64,000 bases of DNA from NCBI GenBank assembly GCA_963705505.1, contig CAVPJU010000006.1, forward strand, positions 96,001 through 160,000, given 5' to 3'. The number at the start of each line of letters is the position of its first letter. Within the stretch, counting starts at the first letter, position 1. The notes beneath the pieces were generated by a model. That model was not told the DNA's origin. It searched no databases and saw only the letters and a list, made by a program, of their open reading frames with translations. Positions 62,973 to 64,000 of the stretch are shown here, in pieces. This DNA comes from an uncultured bacterium (GTDB lineage Bacteria; Desulfobacterota_D; UBA1144; Nemesobacterales; UBA2774). A program made the position numbers and the translations under genes.

Positions 62973-63368
62973 CTATTCTTCCATTTCTTTCTCTACGTAT
63001 TCCGTATAATCTTCGAAGTCCATCAGGTCTTTGAGCTCTCCGGGGTCGTAAGGCCTCACCTTTATCATCCAGCCCTCGCCGTAAGGGTCCCCGTTAATGG
63101 TTTCAGGAGCGTCCAGGAGAACCTCATTCACTTCGACCACATCGCCGCTCACAGGGGCGTAGAGATCGGACACGGCCTTGGTCGATTCCACAGCGCCGAA
63201 GGGGTCCCCTTTCGTGATCTCGTCCCCTTCGCTCGGAAGCTCGATATAGACAATCTCGCCGAGAGCGTCCTGAGCATAATCCGTAATGCCGATCACAAGC
63301 AATTCACCCTCCTCCATTGCCCATTCGTGGTCAGCCGTGTATTTGAGTTCATCCGGAATTTGCACCAT
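62973..63368 (-). CDS. gcvH: Glycine cleavage system H protein
   Basis: HEW..GITDYAQDALGEIVY..VESTKAVSD (lipoyl Lys)..DPYGEGW. Confidence 0.97.
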   Translation of the reverse strand: MVQIPDELKYTADHEWAMEEGELLVIGITDYAQDALGEIVYIELPSEGDEITKGDPFGAVESTKAVSDLYAPVSGDVVEVNEVLLDAPETINGDPYGEGWMIKVRPYDPGELKDLMDFEDYTEYVEKEMEE

Positions 63369-63380
63369 AGTCAGATCTCC

Positions 63381-64000
63381 TTAATTAACATCCTTTTTAT
63401 AAAAGGGAATATTCACTACCTGAGCCTCCCTGTATGTATTTCGAATCTCGATTTGTATTCTGTCGCCAATGTTGATTTCACCTGTTAGATAACCCATCCC
63501 TATCGATTTTTCAAGACTAGGAGATAAAGTCCCGCTTGTAACTGTGCCGAGTAAAGCACCGTTTTTAAATACGCCGTACCCCTCTCTAGGGATGCCGCGG
63601 TCGATCATTTCAAACCCGCAAATCCGGTGTTTAATGCCTTCCTCGAGAACTTTTTTTAACGCCTCTTTGCCTATAAAATCCCCGCCGTCCATCTTCACAT
63701 ACCTTCCGAGACCGGCCTCAAAAGGGTTTATATCGTCATTTATCTCGTGCCCGTACAGGGAGTAGCCCATCTCGATCCTGAGCGTGTCGCGCGCCCCGAG
63801 TCCGCAGGGCTTGATCCCGTACTGCTCCCCTGACTCCGTTAGTCCCTCCCAAAGCTCCGGACCCCCTTCCCAGGGTAAAAATATTTCAAACCCGTCTTCC
63901 CCGGTATAGCCTGTCCTCGCTATGAGCAGCTCCACCCCGTTCCACGTCAGCGGAAGAAAGCGAAACCTCTTCAAAGAACTCAGATCGGCCCCCACGCAAC
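63381..64000 (-). CDS. gcvT: Glycine cleavage system aminomethyltransferase T (5' part lies beyond the window)
   Basis: ARTGYTGEDGFE, GLGARDTLRIEMG and VTSGTLSP motifs. Confidence 0.95.
   Translation of the reverse strand, partial: CVGADLSSLKRFRFLPLTWNGVELLIARTGYTGEDGFEIFLPWEGGPELWEGLTESGEQYGIKPCGLGARDTLRIEMGYSLYGHEINDDINPFEAGLGRYVKMDGGDFIGKEALKKVLEEGIKHRICGFEMIDRGIPREGYGVFKNGALLGTVTSGTLSPSLEKSIGMGYLTGEINIGDRIQIEIRNTYREAQVVNIPFYKKDVN

Overview
Bacterial chromosomal window made up mostly of core genes. Gene order and protein style suggest a deltaproteobacteria-like lineage (Desulfobacterota/Dadabacteria-like); this is an inference, not a database result. The window runs from a tal-pgi fusion, tkt and ppgK, through a folM-like SDR-folB-folK operon, into a ~14 kb patch of accessory genes (7.6-21.7 kb). 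It continues with tRNA-Val-thrS-infC-rpmI-rplT, a GT10 fucosyltransferase, tRNA-Gln-pcrA, selO, dnaE, ftsY-ribD-nadD-rsfS, a dcw cluster (mraZ to ftsZ, no ddl), murJ, aroQ, recJ and gcvT-H-P. I found no integrase, transposase, prophage or CRISPR array. Five single-base frameshifts in four conserved genes probably reflect consensus errors. The best leads are: (1) an adjacent FlK-like fluoroacetyl-CoA thioesterase and L-2-haloacid dehalogenase, a candidate fluoroacetate/haloacetate detoxification module; (2) an orphan sigma54 promoter with upstream activator-like palindromes and a strand-specific terminator, which together frame an unannotated ~165-nt RNA; (3) a cytochrome P460-like lipoprotein whose CxxCH heme motif has decayed; (4) MraZ-type boxes in the divergent mraZ/murJ region; (5) non-canonical start codons for infC (ATA) and rsfS (CTG or ATA).
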